From: Selaginella moellendorffii
Taxonomy: Eukaryota > Plantae > Lycopodiophyta
NCBI RefSeq assembly: GCF_000143415.4
Contig: NW_003314270.1
Span: 3,007,668 to 3,071,667, forward strand
Length of the DNA stretch: 64,000 nucleotides
Direction of reading: 5' to 3'
Positions within the stretch are counted from its first letter, which is position 1, and each line of letters opens with the position of its first letter. The notes below the pieces were generated by a model, which had not been told where the DNA came from, did not search any database, and saw only the letters and a program-made list of their open reading frames with translations. Shown here in pieces: positions 11,424 to 22,266 of this stretch. Position numbers and translations under genes: made by a program.

Positions 11424-13763
11424 TCAACGAAATGCCACTTTTGCTATCAAAGGAGCAGAACCCAAATCCAAATGCCCTTGCAACACTTCCACTATTGTCC
11501 TCATGGATGGCCGAGAATCAGCATTGTCTTGAATGCACCACAGTGCAAGATGAACCATTTTCTTGGCCTGCTGATAGTTTTCACTGGCACTTGCTCTCAC
11601 CCTCTCGTCAATCACTTCGAGAAAATTCCCCTTCTCCACCTGGTTCACCACCCAAGTTGGAAAATACCAGCTCTCGTCCGGCTGAGTGTTGTCCCCAAAG
11701 TTCACAGCCTTTGAGAGATCAATGTTCCTACGACCCCCAATTAGTTCCAAAAGCACCTTTCCATAGCTGTAAACGTCGCATCTCTTTGTAGCCATGAAAT
11801 GTGTGAGCCATTCCGGAGCCATGTAGCCTGGAGTGCCCCGCATGGTCGTCATGACCTGCGTCTCGTTGCGGTTCTCAAGCAGCTTTGCCATCCCAAAGTC
11901 CGCCACCTTTGCGACAAACTCTGTGTCCAACAGAATGTTCTGGGGCTTGATGTCCAAGTGCAGTATGGGCTCCCTGCATTCCTCGTGAAGATACGCAAGT
12001 CCTTGAGCCGTGCCAAGGGCAATGTCGATCCTCTGCTGCCAACTGAGCCATAAATTCTCTGAAGTTTGCTCGAAAAGCCATTTGTCGAGTGATCCATTGG
12101 GCATAAATTCGTAAACCAGCAGCCACTGTGTTGCTCCCTCGATGCAAAAGCCACAAAGTTTAACAATGTTTACATGACTTATGCCTCCAATTCCAGCAAT
12201 CTCGGTCACAAACTGTTTTGCCCCTTGCGTTCCACTGTAGTCAAGCTTCTTGACTGCCACAACTCTACCATCACTCAAAACTCCTTTGTAAACTGATCCA
12301 TATCCCCCAGCTCCCAGCTTTGTGCTATATCCTTTTGTCGCAGTATCCAATGTCGTATATGAGAATCTCTGAGGCAAACGGCCTTGCATACTAGCCAACA
12401 ATGCTTCAATCTCCTTTGCCGGATTGAACTTGAGCTTGCGCTCATTAAACGCAAGAGCACATACCGCTAGGAAGCATAGGAATATCACTGTGCAAGTCAT
12501 GGTAAGAGATATAATGTAAAGTTTCGGTTGATGGTGAGCCTTCAGTGTTTTGATGATAAGAGTTATATTTTTTGTAGTGTCATCTCTGTAGAAGCTCCCA
12601 TATATATCATACGAAATGAAGAAGCAGTCCTTGGTATCGCCATTGAAAATAAGTGACATACACCTGCTACAATTCATAACAAAGCAGGCTTCTGTGCACT
12701 TGTGTAGAGAGGAATTCCTTTGGTTGGGCTGCATGAATTCAGTTCTATAATATCCAATATCAGCAAACTTCTCTTTCATCACAATGTAGTTAGGATATTG
12801 TTCTCCGAAGTCCAAATCGGAGCAAGAACTTAGATAAGAATGCGCCCTCCAAAAACCCCCTGCTAAGGACCCAGAGCGAGTGTATAACTCACACATTTGA
12901 TGTTCATCGGGCTTCAAGCAGCTGCAGTTTCCATCGCGGGTATTGCAGATACCATATTGAGAACAATCGTTACATGCAGGATTTCCTGGCCATGATTTTA
13001 TCTGGTTTGTATAGTCCGTTAGCTGAATGTCTTTAATCCATTGATTTCCTTCATACTTGTAAGATATAATGCTCCCATCTGAGTCAAATTGCAAGAATGG
13101 CAAAAGAGGAGTACTTGATTCAGTTGAAGTTGTTAATGATAGCTGCTCACAATCATTGGAGAGGGTCAAATTGCTCCCAGTGTACTGAAGAAAAGTTGAG
13201 GTTGAGCCTTCACATGTAGAAGTAAATCGCCACGCTTGATATGCTTGGTGGTGTTGGAATTGTCCTTCATAAAACTCAGAGGGAGAAATCCAAAACAGTC
13301 CCTCATCTTGGACAATAACAAGAGTCTCATAGTCGTTGCTCATTATGCGCATTCCTGTTTTCAAAATTTGGGTTGGGAGGAGAAATTCTGAGGGAAAATC
13401 GAAACTTTGCCACACACTGCCGTTGTAAAAATAAATGAGGACATTTCCAGAGTTTTGTAACACTAGGGAAGCTGCATCTTCTAACGAAAATCGAATGGAT
13501 AAAGGATAGATTGAGCGATTCATATGCAATAGCAGGTATTTTCCTTGATCGTGTGATGCAAGTGAGAAATTCCCATTGTCACTGACAATATCTTTGCCCC
13601 CGGCCTTCATGATTTCAAAGCCTTCAGTGGTGTTCATAAAAACTGAATAATTTCTATGATTGTTGCCTGGCAATTGTCGAAAATACCAGTCAGGTGGAAG
13701 CTCATACCTCATGCCCATGACAATCACAGGGAAAAGAAATAGCAGCACCACTACTGTGTCCAT
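11424..13763 (-). CDS. S-domain (G-type lectin, SD-2-like) receptor-like kinase, copy 1, non-RD
   Basis: Intronless 779 aa: signal peptide, lectin motif VWQSFDFP, Cys-rich EGF and PAN regions, TM, and kinase with GAGGYG, VAVKKL, HLDIKPQN, DFG and APE. Confidence 0.93.
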   Translation of the reverse strand: MDTVVVLLFLFPVIVMGMRYELPPDWYFRQLPGNNHRNYSVFMNTTEGFEIMKAGGKDIVSDNGNFSLASHDQGKYLLLHMNRSIYPLSIRFSLEDAASLVLQNSGNVLIYFYNGSVWQSFDFPSEFLLPTQILKTGMRIMSNDYETLVIVQDEGLFWISPSEFYEGQFQHHQAYQAWRFTSTCEGSTSTFLQYTGSNLTLSNDCEQLSLTTSTESSTPLLPFLQFDSDGSIISYKYEGNQWIKDIQLTDYTNQIKSWPGNPACNDCSQYGICNTRDGNCSCLKPDEHQMCELYTRSGSLAGGFWRAHSYLSSCSDLDFGEQYPNYIVMKEKFADIGYYRTEFMQPNQRNSSLHKCTEACFVMNCSRCMSLIFNGDTKDCFFISYDIYGSFYRDDTTKNITLIIKTLKAHHQPKLYIISLTMTCTVIFLCFLAVCALAFNERKLKFNPAKEIEALLASMQGRLPQRFSYTTLDTATKGYSTKLGAGGYGSVYKGVLSDGRVVAVKKLDYSGTQGAKQFVTEIAGIGGISHVNIVKLCGFCIEGATQWLLVYEFMPNGSLDKWLFEQTSENLWLSWQQRIDIALGTAQGLAYLHEECREPILHLDIKPQNILLDTEFVAKVADFGMAKLLENRNETQVMTTMRGTPGYMAPEWLTHFMATKRCDVYSYGKVLLELIGGRRNIDLSKAVNFGDNTQPDESWYFPTWVVNQVEKGNFLEVIDERVRASASENYQQAKKMVHLALWCIQDNADSRPSMRTIVEVLQGHLDLGSAPLIAKVAFR

Positions 13764-14062
13764 GTGTTAGCCAAAGTAGAGATAATGTATGAGAAACTCT
13801 GGATAGGGCCTTGAAATAAATCACACCGAAGTCAGTCGTGCCGCGTGGGACTCTTCTACCTTGACTCGGTGTAGGTAGACAGCGTAAGAAATACGTTGTG
13901 ATGCGATGCAACAACAAACATTGGCATGCATCTACATTTCATCCCATTCTAAACAGTCTAACAAAGGCGTTTGGTTCTAACTGCGTGTGAAGCAGAGAAG
14001 AACAAAAAAGGTTTGGTTCTAACACAAATTTTCAAAAAATAAAAGAAAAAAGAAAACTTGGC

Positions 14063-14257
14063 GCATTCTTCTCGGCGGCAACTGATCCCCTGACCGTGAA
14101 ATCCGCCGCTGTCGCCCGGAGCTTCTGATACCAGCTCGACCGCTGCTCCCTTCCTCCTCCCATATGGAGCAGCATTGCCCCAGGGGATGGGAGTCTAGGA
14201 GATTAGCAGTAGCTCTAGCGCAGCAGCAGGGTCTCTGATAAAGAACCATCTCAGGAG
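14063..14257. pseudogene. Rearranged fragment of the OVATE gene 5' end
   Basis: 14063-14163 is the reverse complement of 56174-56343 with an internal deletion. 14165-14257 is a direct copy of about 56365-56469. Confidence 0.9.
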
Positions 14258-16579
14258 TAAGGTCCTCCAAGAGTGAAAGCATCATAGCTTGGAAGATCGC
14301 CAATGCAGCCTCCGTAGTGACCGTGGATCACCAGAACCGGAGGTGGCTGCTCGCCGTGTCTATCTTCGGTCCCCAGTTTTATAAACCGAGTCAATGTAAG
14401 TTGGTGTCGATTGAAAAATGGAAACCTTCCCCAGTCCTTGATCGAGCTGTTTTAATATCATACCAGGAAGCAGTGAGAAAGAGCGCTAATTTCCCATACA
14501 CGTTCCTCGAGCCATTGGACGAACTTTGTGTTGTCGTGTGTGAGATTGGCCTGGAAAAATCCCACCCGGTCAGTCCCGGTGTCGCTGTGAGTAGTCGGGG
14601 GACCGTCCAGCCCCGCTTGGAAGCACGCGAGCTCCATTAGTGCAAATGGCACTGTTCTCGTCACGCGTTGTGACTTCCTCCATGACAAATCCATACGTCA
14701 GCTTGCTCTGCCTGGTGAACTTCTGGACGAGGTAAGCAGTGAGTATATAACAAGCCAAGCAAGCGTCACAATTACCTCGGTTAAGCTCGATTGACCCATA
14801 TACCAGGCACGTCTTCCAAACCGGGACCTCCAGTAAACACCTCACTGACTTTGCGACTGTTAAAACGGCTAGCCTTGAGCGTACGCTCCCTGGGATCGGT
14901 CAAACCGTCGAGATATTCCATCTTGAATCCTAAGTCATCCTACAAATCCACATTGCGGTGCGTAAATATCAAAAAGCTCTGAGAGGGAAGTACCGGACCT
15001 GGGGATTGAAGAGATTATTCGACGTGACAGTACAAATCAATGTGCGGTTTAAGCTTTTGATATTCCGACGCTCAAAGGTTACGTTACAACCTGGCTGGAT
15101 CGAGGCCTGTATCAACGAAACCGCATAAGCAGTGAAGACGGTTTGGATATAAAGTGACTCACCAGGGTTGGACGTCCAGAATTCCCTGGCACTCTCCACT
15201 CGGTGCTGATCTCAGCAGTTTTCTGCTCGAGCTCCTTCAACTTCACTTCCACTATAATACCTCCCTCGATCTCTTCATCCGGCCTTGGATTGACTTCAAT
15301 GTTAGAAAAGAGGGAAAGATTGTTGATGTTGCGCAAGCTTTCTTGCCCGCTTCAATGTTGAAGATCTTCCCAGAGCTAAGCTGCATCCAGCAAAAACAAC
15401 AAATGAGAACCACCAGAAAAAATAAACAAGCAATACCTGTGAAGGAAGCTCCCTCTCTATGATAGGGACTTGAGTGTTCCCTTCAACTGGAAGCCCCATC
15501 TTGTCCTGGAACATTATTTGCACGTCTGTGATGTCCCCTTCCACTACTTCACAGACTATTTCGTTCGTATTGAGGTTTCCAAAGTTGACGACTTGAGCGC
15601 ACGCATACCCTGATATCACTTCTGTATTCTCTCCCGGATTCTCTGCAGCATTCTCCAGTAACACGAGACTCAGCGGAGAGCCAGCCCGAAATTTCCTACT
15701 TGATCCTTCTCGGTAGCATGCACTTCCTGGCTTTCCTCACCCGCTTCTTGTACTCTTCTTCTTGCTTCCCAAGATATTCCTGCTGCTGCTTCTCGGTCAT
15801 GCTGTTAAAATCGGGTTGTTTGGTCTGAGCCAACGGCACAACGTTGATACACCGCACACTTTTCACCGCTTGCCACTGGCTCTCGACAAAGTTGATGTTG
15901 ATCTTTATAGTCCCATCAGCCTGAGTGACGCCTTCCATCTCCACCCTCTGGAACATGCCACAGTTGACGAGGTTCTCCAGCTGCGACTCAAGCTGGTCTT
16001 TCGTGAAATCCCCACCAGTCCGGAGCGTGAAAAGCTCGAAAAATGGATCCTTGCCATCGACGGCCTTTTTGCTGCGCTGATCCACGAGATCGACGCCGGA
16101 AAGCTTGTACTTCTTGTTGGGGCTGAGCCAGCTTACCGGTGCCGTGAGGCCGAGTTTAGCACCGTGAGGATCCCAATCTCCACTGTTTTTATCGTCGGCC
16201 CTGGCACCGCTGCCCCCAGAAGCTCCCACAGCGAATTTCCACCACCAGGTCCTCCTCCAAAGCCTCCGCCACCACCACCGCCGCCGCCTCCTCCACCACC
16301 TCCACCGAAGCCTCCAAATTCACCACCACCAGGCCAAAGCTACATTTTTTCTTAAATCTACCATTGCCGTTGCTGGGCTCTAGCTTTCTGGATTTGCTCC
16401 TGCTGCTGTTACTCTTACCCGAGGAGGCTGAGGAGGAGGAAGGATGAGGCTTGGTAAAGCGCAGCCACGCGCGAAGGCCCTGGGTTTGATGGAAATCCCC
16501 CTCTTTTGCTGCTGCTGGCAGGATGGAAACGAGCACGAGCAGGCGATCGATTCGACAGCTCGGTGAGGCCGGAGAGCAT
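14254..16579 (-). pseudogene. TOC75: TOC75 pseudogene (copy 2)
   Basis: Colinear with 8409-10891 but carries many short deletions, frameshifts and a stop at 15696. The exons 3' of 8409 are absent. Confidence 0.92.
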
Positions 16580-16647
16580 GGCGGCCACGAATCCACTCGT
16601 CACGAACTGGCTCTTTGCAGCAAACCTGGAAAAATAGATATCGAGAG

Positions 16648-16684
16648 TTCACGGAGAGTTGAACTCAGGCTGAGCTATGAAAGC
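16648..16684 (-). pseudogene. Internally deleted tRNA-Thr remnant
   Basis: GCTTTCATAGCTCAG is fused directly to CCTGAGTTCAACTCTC, at the position syntenic with the tRNA of copy 1. Confidence 0.8.
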
Positions 16685-17043
16685 AGATTTAAATAAACTC
16701 TCAAATACTAGATAATTATGTTGACTTTTGAGCTCGTGACTTAAAAAGTGGTCTAGTCTCTGGGACAAGGGTCTCCCAAGTGGTGCAAGCTCGTGAGCTA
16801 AAAAGTGGTTCAGTCTCCAGTCTTTGGGAGAAAAGTCTCCCAAGTGGTCAATCTTCGGGAGAAGGGTTTCCACCAACTAGAAGAGCTCTTTAAATTTAAA
16901 CTTAAATTCACCATGTGACCAAGCACTTGTTTTCGGAGGTAATTTTCTGCTTCAAATATGTGGCTGCATTCAGTCTTCATCCCACAACAACTTTCGTACT
17001 ACAGAATATGTTTATATAATTTTGAAACATCATATACTCATGT

Positions 17044-19356
17044 TTAGCGAAATGCAACTTTTGCTATCAAAGGAGCAGAACCCAAATCCAAATGCCCTTG
17101 CAACACTTCCACTATTGTCCTCATGGATGGCCGAGCATCAGCATTGTCTTGAATGCACCAAAGTGCAAGATGAACCATTTTCTTGGCCTGGTGATAGTTT
17201 TCACTGGCACTTGCTCTCACCCTCTCGTCAATCACTTCGAGAAAGTTCCCCTTCTCCACCTGGTTCACCACCCAAGTTGGAAAATACCAGCTCTCGTCCG
17301 GCTGAGTGTTGTCCCCAGAGTTCACAGCCTTTGAGAGATCAATGTTCCTGCGACCCCCAATTAGTTCCAAAAGTACCTTTCCATAGCTGTAAACGTCGCA
17401 TCTCTTTGTAGCCATGAAATGTGTGAGCCATTCCGGAGCCATGTAGCCTGGAGTGCCCCGCATGGTCGTCATGACCTGCGTCTCGTTGCGGTTCTCAAGC
17501 AGCTTTGCCATCCCAAAGTCCGCCACCTTTGCGACAAACTCTGTGTCCAACAGAATGTTTTGGGGCTTGATGTCCAAGTGCAGTATGGGCTCCCTGCATT
17601 CCTCGTGAAGATACACAAGCCCTTGAGCCATGCCAAGGGCAATGTCGATCCTCTGCTGCCAACTGAGCCATAAATTCTCTGAAGTTTGCTCGAAAAGCCA
17701 TTTGTCGAGTGATCCATTGGGCATAAATTCGTAAACCAGCAGCCACTGTGTTGCTCCCTCGATGCAAAAGCCACAAAGTTTAACAATGTTTACATGACTT
17801 ATGCCTCCAATTCCAGCAATCTCGGTCACAAACTGTTTTGCCCCTTGCGTTCCACTGTAGTCAAGCTTCTTGACTGCCACAACTCTACCATCACTCAAAA
17901 CTCCTTTGTAAACTGATCCATATCCCCCAGCTCCCAGCTTTGTGCTATATCCTTTTGTCGCAGTATCCAATGTCGTATATGAGAATCTCTGAGGCAAACG
18001 GCCTTGCATACTAGCCAACAATGCTTCAATCTCCTTTGCCGGATTGAACTTGAGCTTGCGCTCATTAAACGCAAGAGCACATACCGCTAGGAAGCATAGG
18101 AATATCACTGTGGAAGTCATGGTAAGAGTTATAATGTAAAGTTTCGGTTGATGATGAGCCTTCAGAGTTTTGATGATAAGAGTTATGTTTTTGGTAGTGT
18201 CATCTTTGTAGAAGCTCCCATATATATCATACGAAATGAAGAAGCAGTCCTTGGTATCGCCATTGAAAATAAGTGACATACACCTGCTACAATTCATAAC
18301 AAAGCAGGCTTCTGTGCACTTGTGTAGAGAGGAATTCCTTTGGTTGGGCTGCATGAATTCAGTTCTATAATATCCAATACCAGAAAACTTGTGTTTCATC
18401 ACAATGTAGTTACGATATTGTTGTCTGAGGAAGTCAAATTTGGAGCAAGAACTTACATCAAAATTCGAAGTGTGTAAGTCACACATATGATATTTATCGT
18501 GATATTTATCACCCCTCAAGCAGCTGCAGCTTCCATTGTCGGCATTGCAGATCTCATATCGAGAACAAGCCTTACATGCAGGATTTCCTGGCCATGATTT
18601 TATCTGGTTTGTATAGTCCGTTAGATGAATGTCTTTAATCCATTGATTTCCTTCATACTTGTAAGATATAATGCTCCCATCTGAGTCAAATTGCAAGAAT
18701 GGCAAAAGAGGAGTACTTGATTCAGTTGAAGTCCTTAATGATAGCTGCTCACAATTATTGGAGAGTGTCAAATTGCTCCGAGTGTACTGAAGAAATGTTG
18801 AGGTTGAGCCTTCACATGTAGAAGTAAATCGCCACGCTTGATATGCTTGGTGTTGGAATTGTCCTTCTCGTTCAAGTTCACTGGGAGAAATCCAAAACAG
18901 TCCCTCATCTTGGACAATAACAAGAGTCTCATAGTCGTTGCTCATTATGCCCATCCCTGTTTTCAGAATTTGGGTTGGGAGGAGAAATTCTGAGGGAAAA
19001 TCGAAACTTTGCCACACACTGCCGTTGTAAGAATAAATGAGGACATTTCCAGAGTTTTGTAACACTAGGGAAGCTGCATCTTCTAATGGAAATTGAATGG
19101 ATAAAGGATAGATTGAGCGATTCATATGCAATAGCAGGTATTTTCCTTGATCGTGTGATGCAAGTGAGAAATTCCCATTGTCACTGACAATATCTTTGCC
19201 CCCGGCCTTCACGATTTCGAAGCCTTCAGTGGTGTTCATAAAAACTGAATAATTTCTATGATTGTTGCCTGGCAATTGCCAGTCAGGTGGAAGCTCATAC
19301 CTCATGCCCATGAGAATCATAGGGAAAAGAAATAACAGCACCACTACTGTGTCCAT
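17044..19356 (-). CDS. S-domain receptor-like kinase, copy 2, non-RD, intact
   Basis: 770-aa ORF, nearly identical to copy 1 except in the EGF/PAN junction. Confidence 0.93.
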   Translation of the reverse strand: MDTVVVLLFLFPMILMGMRYELPPDWQLPGNNHRNYSVFMNTTEGFEIVKAGGKDIVSDNGNFSLASHDQGKYLLLHMNRSIYPLSIQFPLEDAASLVLQNSGNVLIYSYNGSVWQSFDFPSEFLLPTQILKTGMGIMSNDYETLVIVQDEGLFWISPSELEREGQFQHQAYQAWRFTSTCEGSTSTFLQYTRSNLTLSNNCEQLSLRTSTESSTPLLPFLQFDSDGSIISYKYEGNQWIKDIHLTDYTNQIKSWPGNPACKACSRYEICNADNGSCSCLRGDKYHDKYHMCDLHTSNFDVSSCSKFDFLRQQYRNYIVMKHKFSGIGYYRTEFMQPNQRNSSLHKCTEACFVMNCSRCMSLIFNGDTKDCFFISYDIYGSFYKDDTTKNITLIIKTLKAHHQPKLYIITLTMTSTVIFLCFLAVCALAFNERKLKFNPAKEIEALLASMQGRLPQRFSYTTLDTATKGYSTKLGAGGYGSVYKGVLSDGRVVAVKKLDYSGTQGAKQFVTEIAGIGGISHVNIVKLCGFCIEGATQWLLVYEFMPNGSLDKWLFEQTSENLWLSWQQRIDIALGMAQGLVYLHEECREPILHLDIKPQNILLDTEFVAKVADFGMAKLLENRNETQVMTTMRGTPGYMAPEWLTHFMATKRCDVYSYGKVLLELIGGRRNIDLSKAVNSGDNTQPDESWYFPTWVVNQVEKGNFLEVIDERVRASASENYHQAKKMVHLALWCIQDNADARPSMRTIVEVLQGHLDLGSAPLIAKVAFR

Positions 19357-19611
19357 GTGTTGGCCAAAGTAGAGATAATGTGTGAGAAACTCTGGATAGG
19401 ACCTTGAAATAAATCACACCGAAGTCAGTCGTGCTGCATGGGACTTCTACCTTGACTCGGTGTAGGTTGGTGGTGGAGACAGCGTAAGAAATACGTTGTG
19501 ATGGGATGCAACAGCATCTACCTTTCATCCCATTCTAAACAGTCTAACAAAGGCATTTGGTTCTAACTCCATGTGATGTAGAGAAGAACAAAAAAGGTTT
19601 GGTTCTTACAT

Positions 19612-22266
19612 TGTGAGGTTTAAGTGTATGACTACGATGCTGTATATTAATATTAATATAATGAGATTTTGGTAATTATTAGATTAATTTCAATCTAAAC
19701 TACTCGCTCATGTATATAAATTAGGGTTTTTGGGCTAATTAATATACACATTTTTTATATTCCTTTTCCATATTTTATACACTCACATTGGTGGAGGTAA
19801 AAGGCATTTTTTATTGTCCCAAGGAGTGTTTGGATTTGGGATTTTGGTTTAGATCTAGCTTTTGCATTGTTTTTCATTTCCTTTTTTTTTGTTATTTTCT
19901 TTTGAGATTTTAGTTTAGATTTAGATTTTGCATTTTTTAAATCTCCTTTTCCTTTTAGCTTTTTTCATTTCATTTCTTTTGCTCTTTTCTTTTCATTTAT
20001 CTTCATGGCAGAGTAGCAGTCTCCTCCTTCTTTGACTTTGGAGTAGCAGTTAGTGCAATTGCTCAATGCTATGCGATTGCAATTGACCAACCAAACTCAA
20101 TTGATGGCGGTATTTATGGCACATAGTACAACTCCTCTTGCTATTGGTGCCAATCCTTGCATTAGGCTGGAGTTTTTTCATGGGAATCCTAGGGATGATG
20201 TGTATTATTAGTTTAATCACTTCACGGTGATTACCACATATCATTCTTGGGATGATAAGTTTCCCACATGTTTCCAAGGGACAACATTGTAATGATACAA
20301 TGGTTTAAGTGCAACCATTTGTGGGGATTGGAGTATTCTCTCGGACATCTTCAAATACGCATTAGACATACTGATGATTGTGATGATGCCTTCTAACAAT
20401 TGCATCATCTTCATCAAGGACCATATGAATCGATGATGCAATTTGGCATTCATTTCCAAAGTCTCTTGCTTTATGCAAAGCTAAATATGTCGGAGTGGAT
20501 CAAGTTAAGAATGTTGTGGCTAACACTTTGTCAAGATCTTGTAAGACTTATGCATGCACTTGCTCCAACCACCCTTGATGATGCTTTTCACTTGGCATAA
20601 TGTTATGAGACCTCGCCACTTTCACTTCTCGCTGCACATCCTTCAGTTCCACTTTCTATGGGAGATGGTCCTGTTCCAATAAAGGTTGATGCTGTTACTG
20701 CTCGAGTTCAAGGACAGGGGTGAGAACATGGTCATCGCTATGATATGTGCTGTTGGGCATGTGATGAAGTTGGTCACACTTATCAATGTTGTCGGTGTTT
20801 TTCAGATTAGCAGCCTCTATTTCTTGGATGGAGACCTTGGTGTCAACAATATCCTATTGGTGTTATTGTAGTGAAAAGTTTGGATAACCAAGATGCATTC
20901 GGGAAATGAGGAGTTGCACGAGTAACGAAGAGACCTTGCGTAAATAAGTCAGTGATTCTTCTATCTTTTTTTCAAGAGTATTATCAAAGGGTTCATTGGC
21001 ACCAGTTCATCTAGTGTTTGCTTTTCAAGCTTATTTTTATAACATGAGATTTCCTATTATTCTCTCAGTATTGGTTGATACAGGTTTAAGTTTATTTTTT
21101 ACTACTTGACCTATTGCCACACGTTGCCGTCTACATTTACATTGTGCGGTAGAGCTAGTTTTTATTCTTTATGGCAATGGCTGTACATATGCATATGCAC
21201 AGGATGAAGTAGACCTAATTGTGCATATGGGTGATCTCGAGTTTGAGTTGCAGTCATTGCGGGTGGTGCCAAGTCAAACTTTTGATCTCATCCTTGGTAT
21301 AGATTAGTTGCAATGTATTCATGCTAAATGTGACTTTGAAGTTTTTCCCTCTTATCTTATACTTCCTTATATTTTATCCATTCCTTTCACTTTCATACCT
21401 TTTCGTCCTTTTGCTTCCATTATTTTTATCTCCCCATTACTTCCTTCTATGTTTCCATCTTGTTCTGCTCTTCTCTTTTCCAATCCCTCTGATAGTTTTT
21501 GTGTTGTAGCAATTAACTGGCTCATGAAGAAGTATACCAATTTCTTTGAATTTAACCTATTGTCTGGGGCCAAGATTGCCATACATCATCTGATTCTAGC
21601 TGGGGATGCTCATTCAATCAAGGTTCCTATTCATCATTGGTCATCCAAAGAGATCAAGATTTTACGTGTAAATATCAAGGAGATATTGGAAAATGAAGCC
21701 TGATGGGATTATTTGTTTTTGCATCGTTTGTTAAACAAAGTGATGATCTCAGATGTGTACCCTCTTCCTCACACTGCTGATCTCTTGGATCATATAGAGA
21801 GAAGTTGTTAGTTCACTAAGCTAGATTTTGCTTTTAGGTACTGGCAAATACTGATGGCTGAAGAAGATATTCCTAAGACTACTTTTCATACACTATTTGG
21901 TTTGTATAAGTTTTTAGTGATGCCGTTTGGTTTAAACAATGCTCCAACAACTTTTTAGCAGATGATGGATGAGGTTCTTTGCAATATATTGGAGGTGACT
22001 GATAACTTCATTGATGATATCTTAATCCATTTGTAAAGTATATGGGAAGTTGGTTTAAAGCTAAAGCAGTCGAATTGCATATTTGGGTATAAGGATATGA
22101 CTTATTTTGGGTACCATATTTTTCATGAGGGTTTGTAAGTTAATCTTGACAAACTTGTTGATATTCTAAAGTTCCTTACTCCAAAGTGTGTGATTGATGT
22201 GCAACACTTCTTGGGCAAAGTGCAGTATCTCAATTGTTTTGTGGATTATCTTTCTGATCACATTTC
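19612..22266 (+). mobile_element. Degenerate Ty3/gypsy LTR retrotransposon, 5' part
   Basis: 176-bp LTR TGTGAG...CTCACA (19612-19787) and PBS TGGTGGAGG. Gag GPVPIKVD and CCHC knuckle CWACDEVGHTYQCC, protease LVDTG, RT motifs [13 protein letters not shown] and FIDDIL, with many stops. Truncated by the next insertion. Confidence 0.85.

Noticed and set aside
11424-19356. RLK/TOC75 duplication as a haplotype assembly artefact
   Set aside because: The copies differ by many indels, a divergent patch and a complex chimeric junction, which fits a real duplication.
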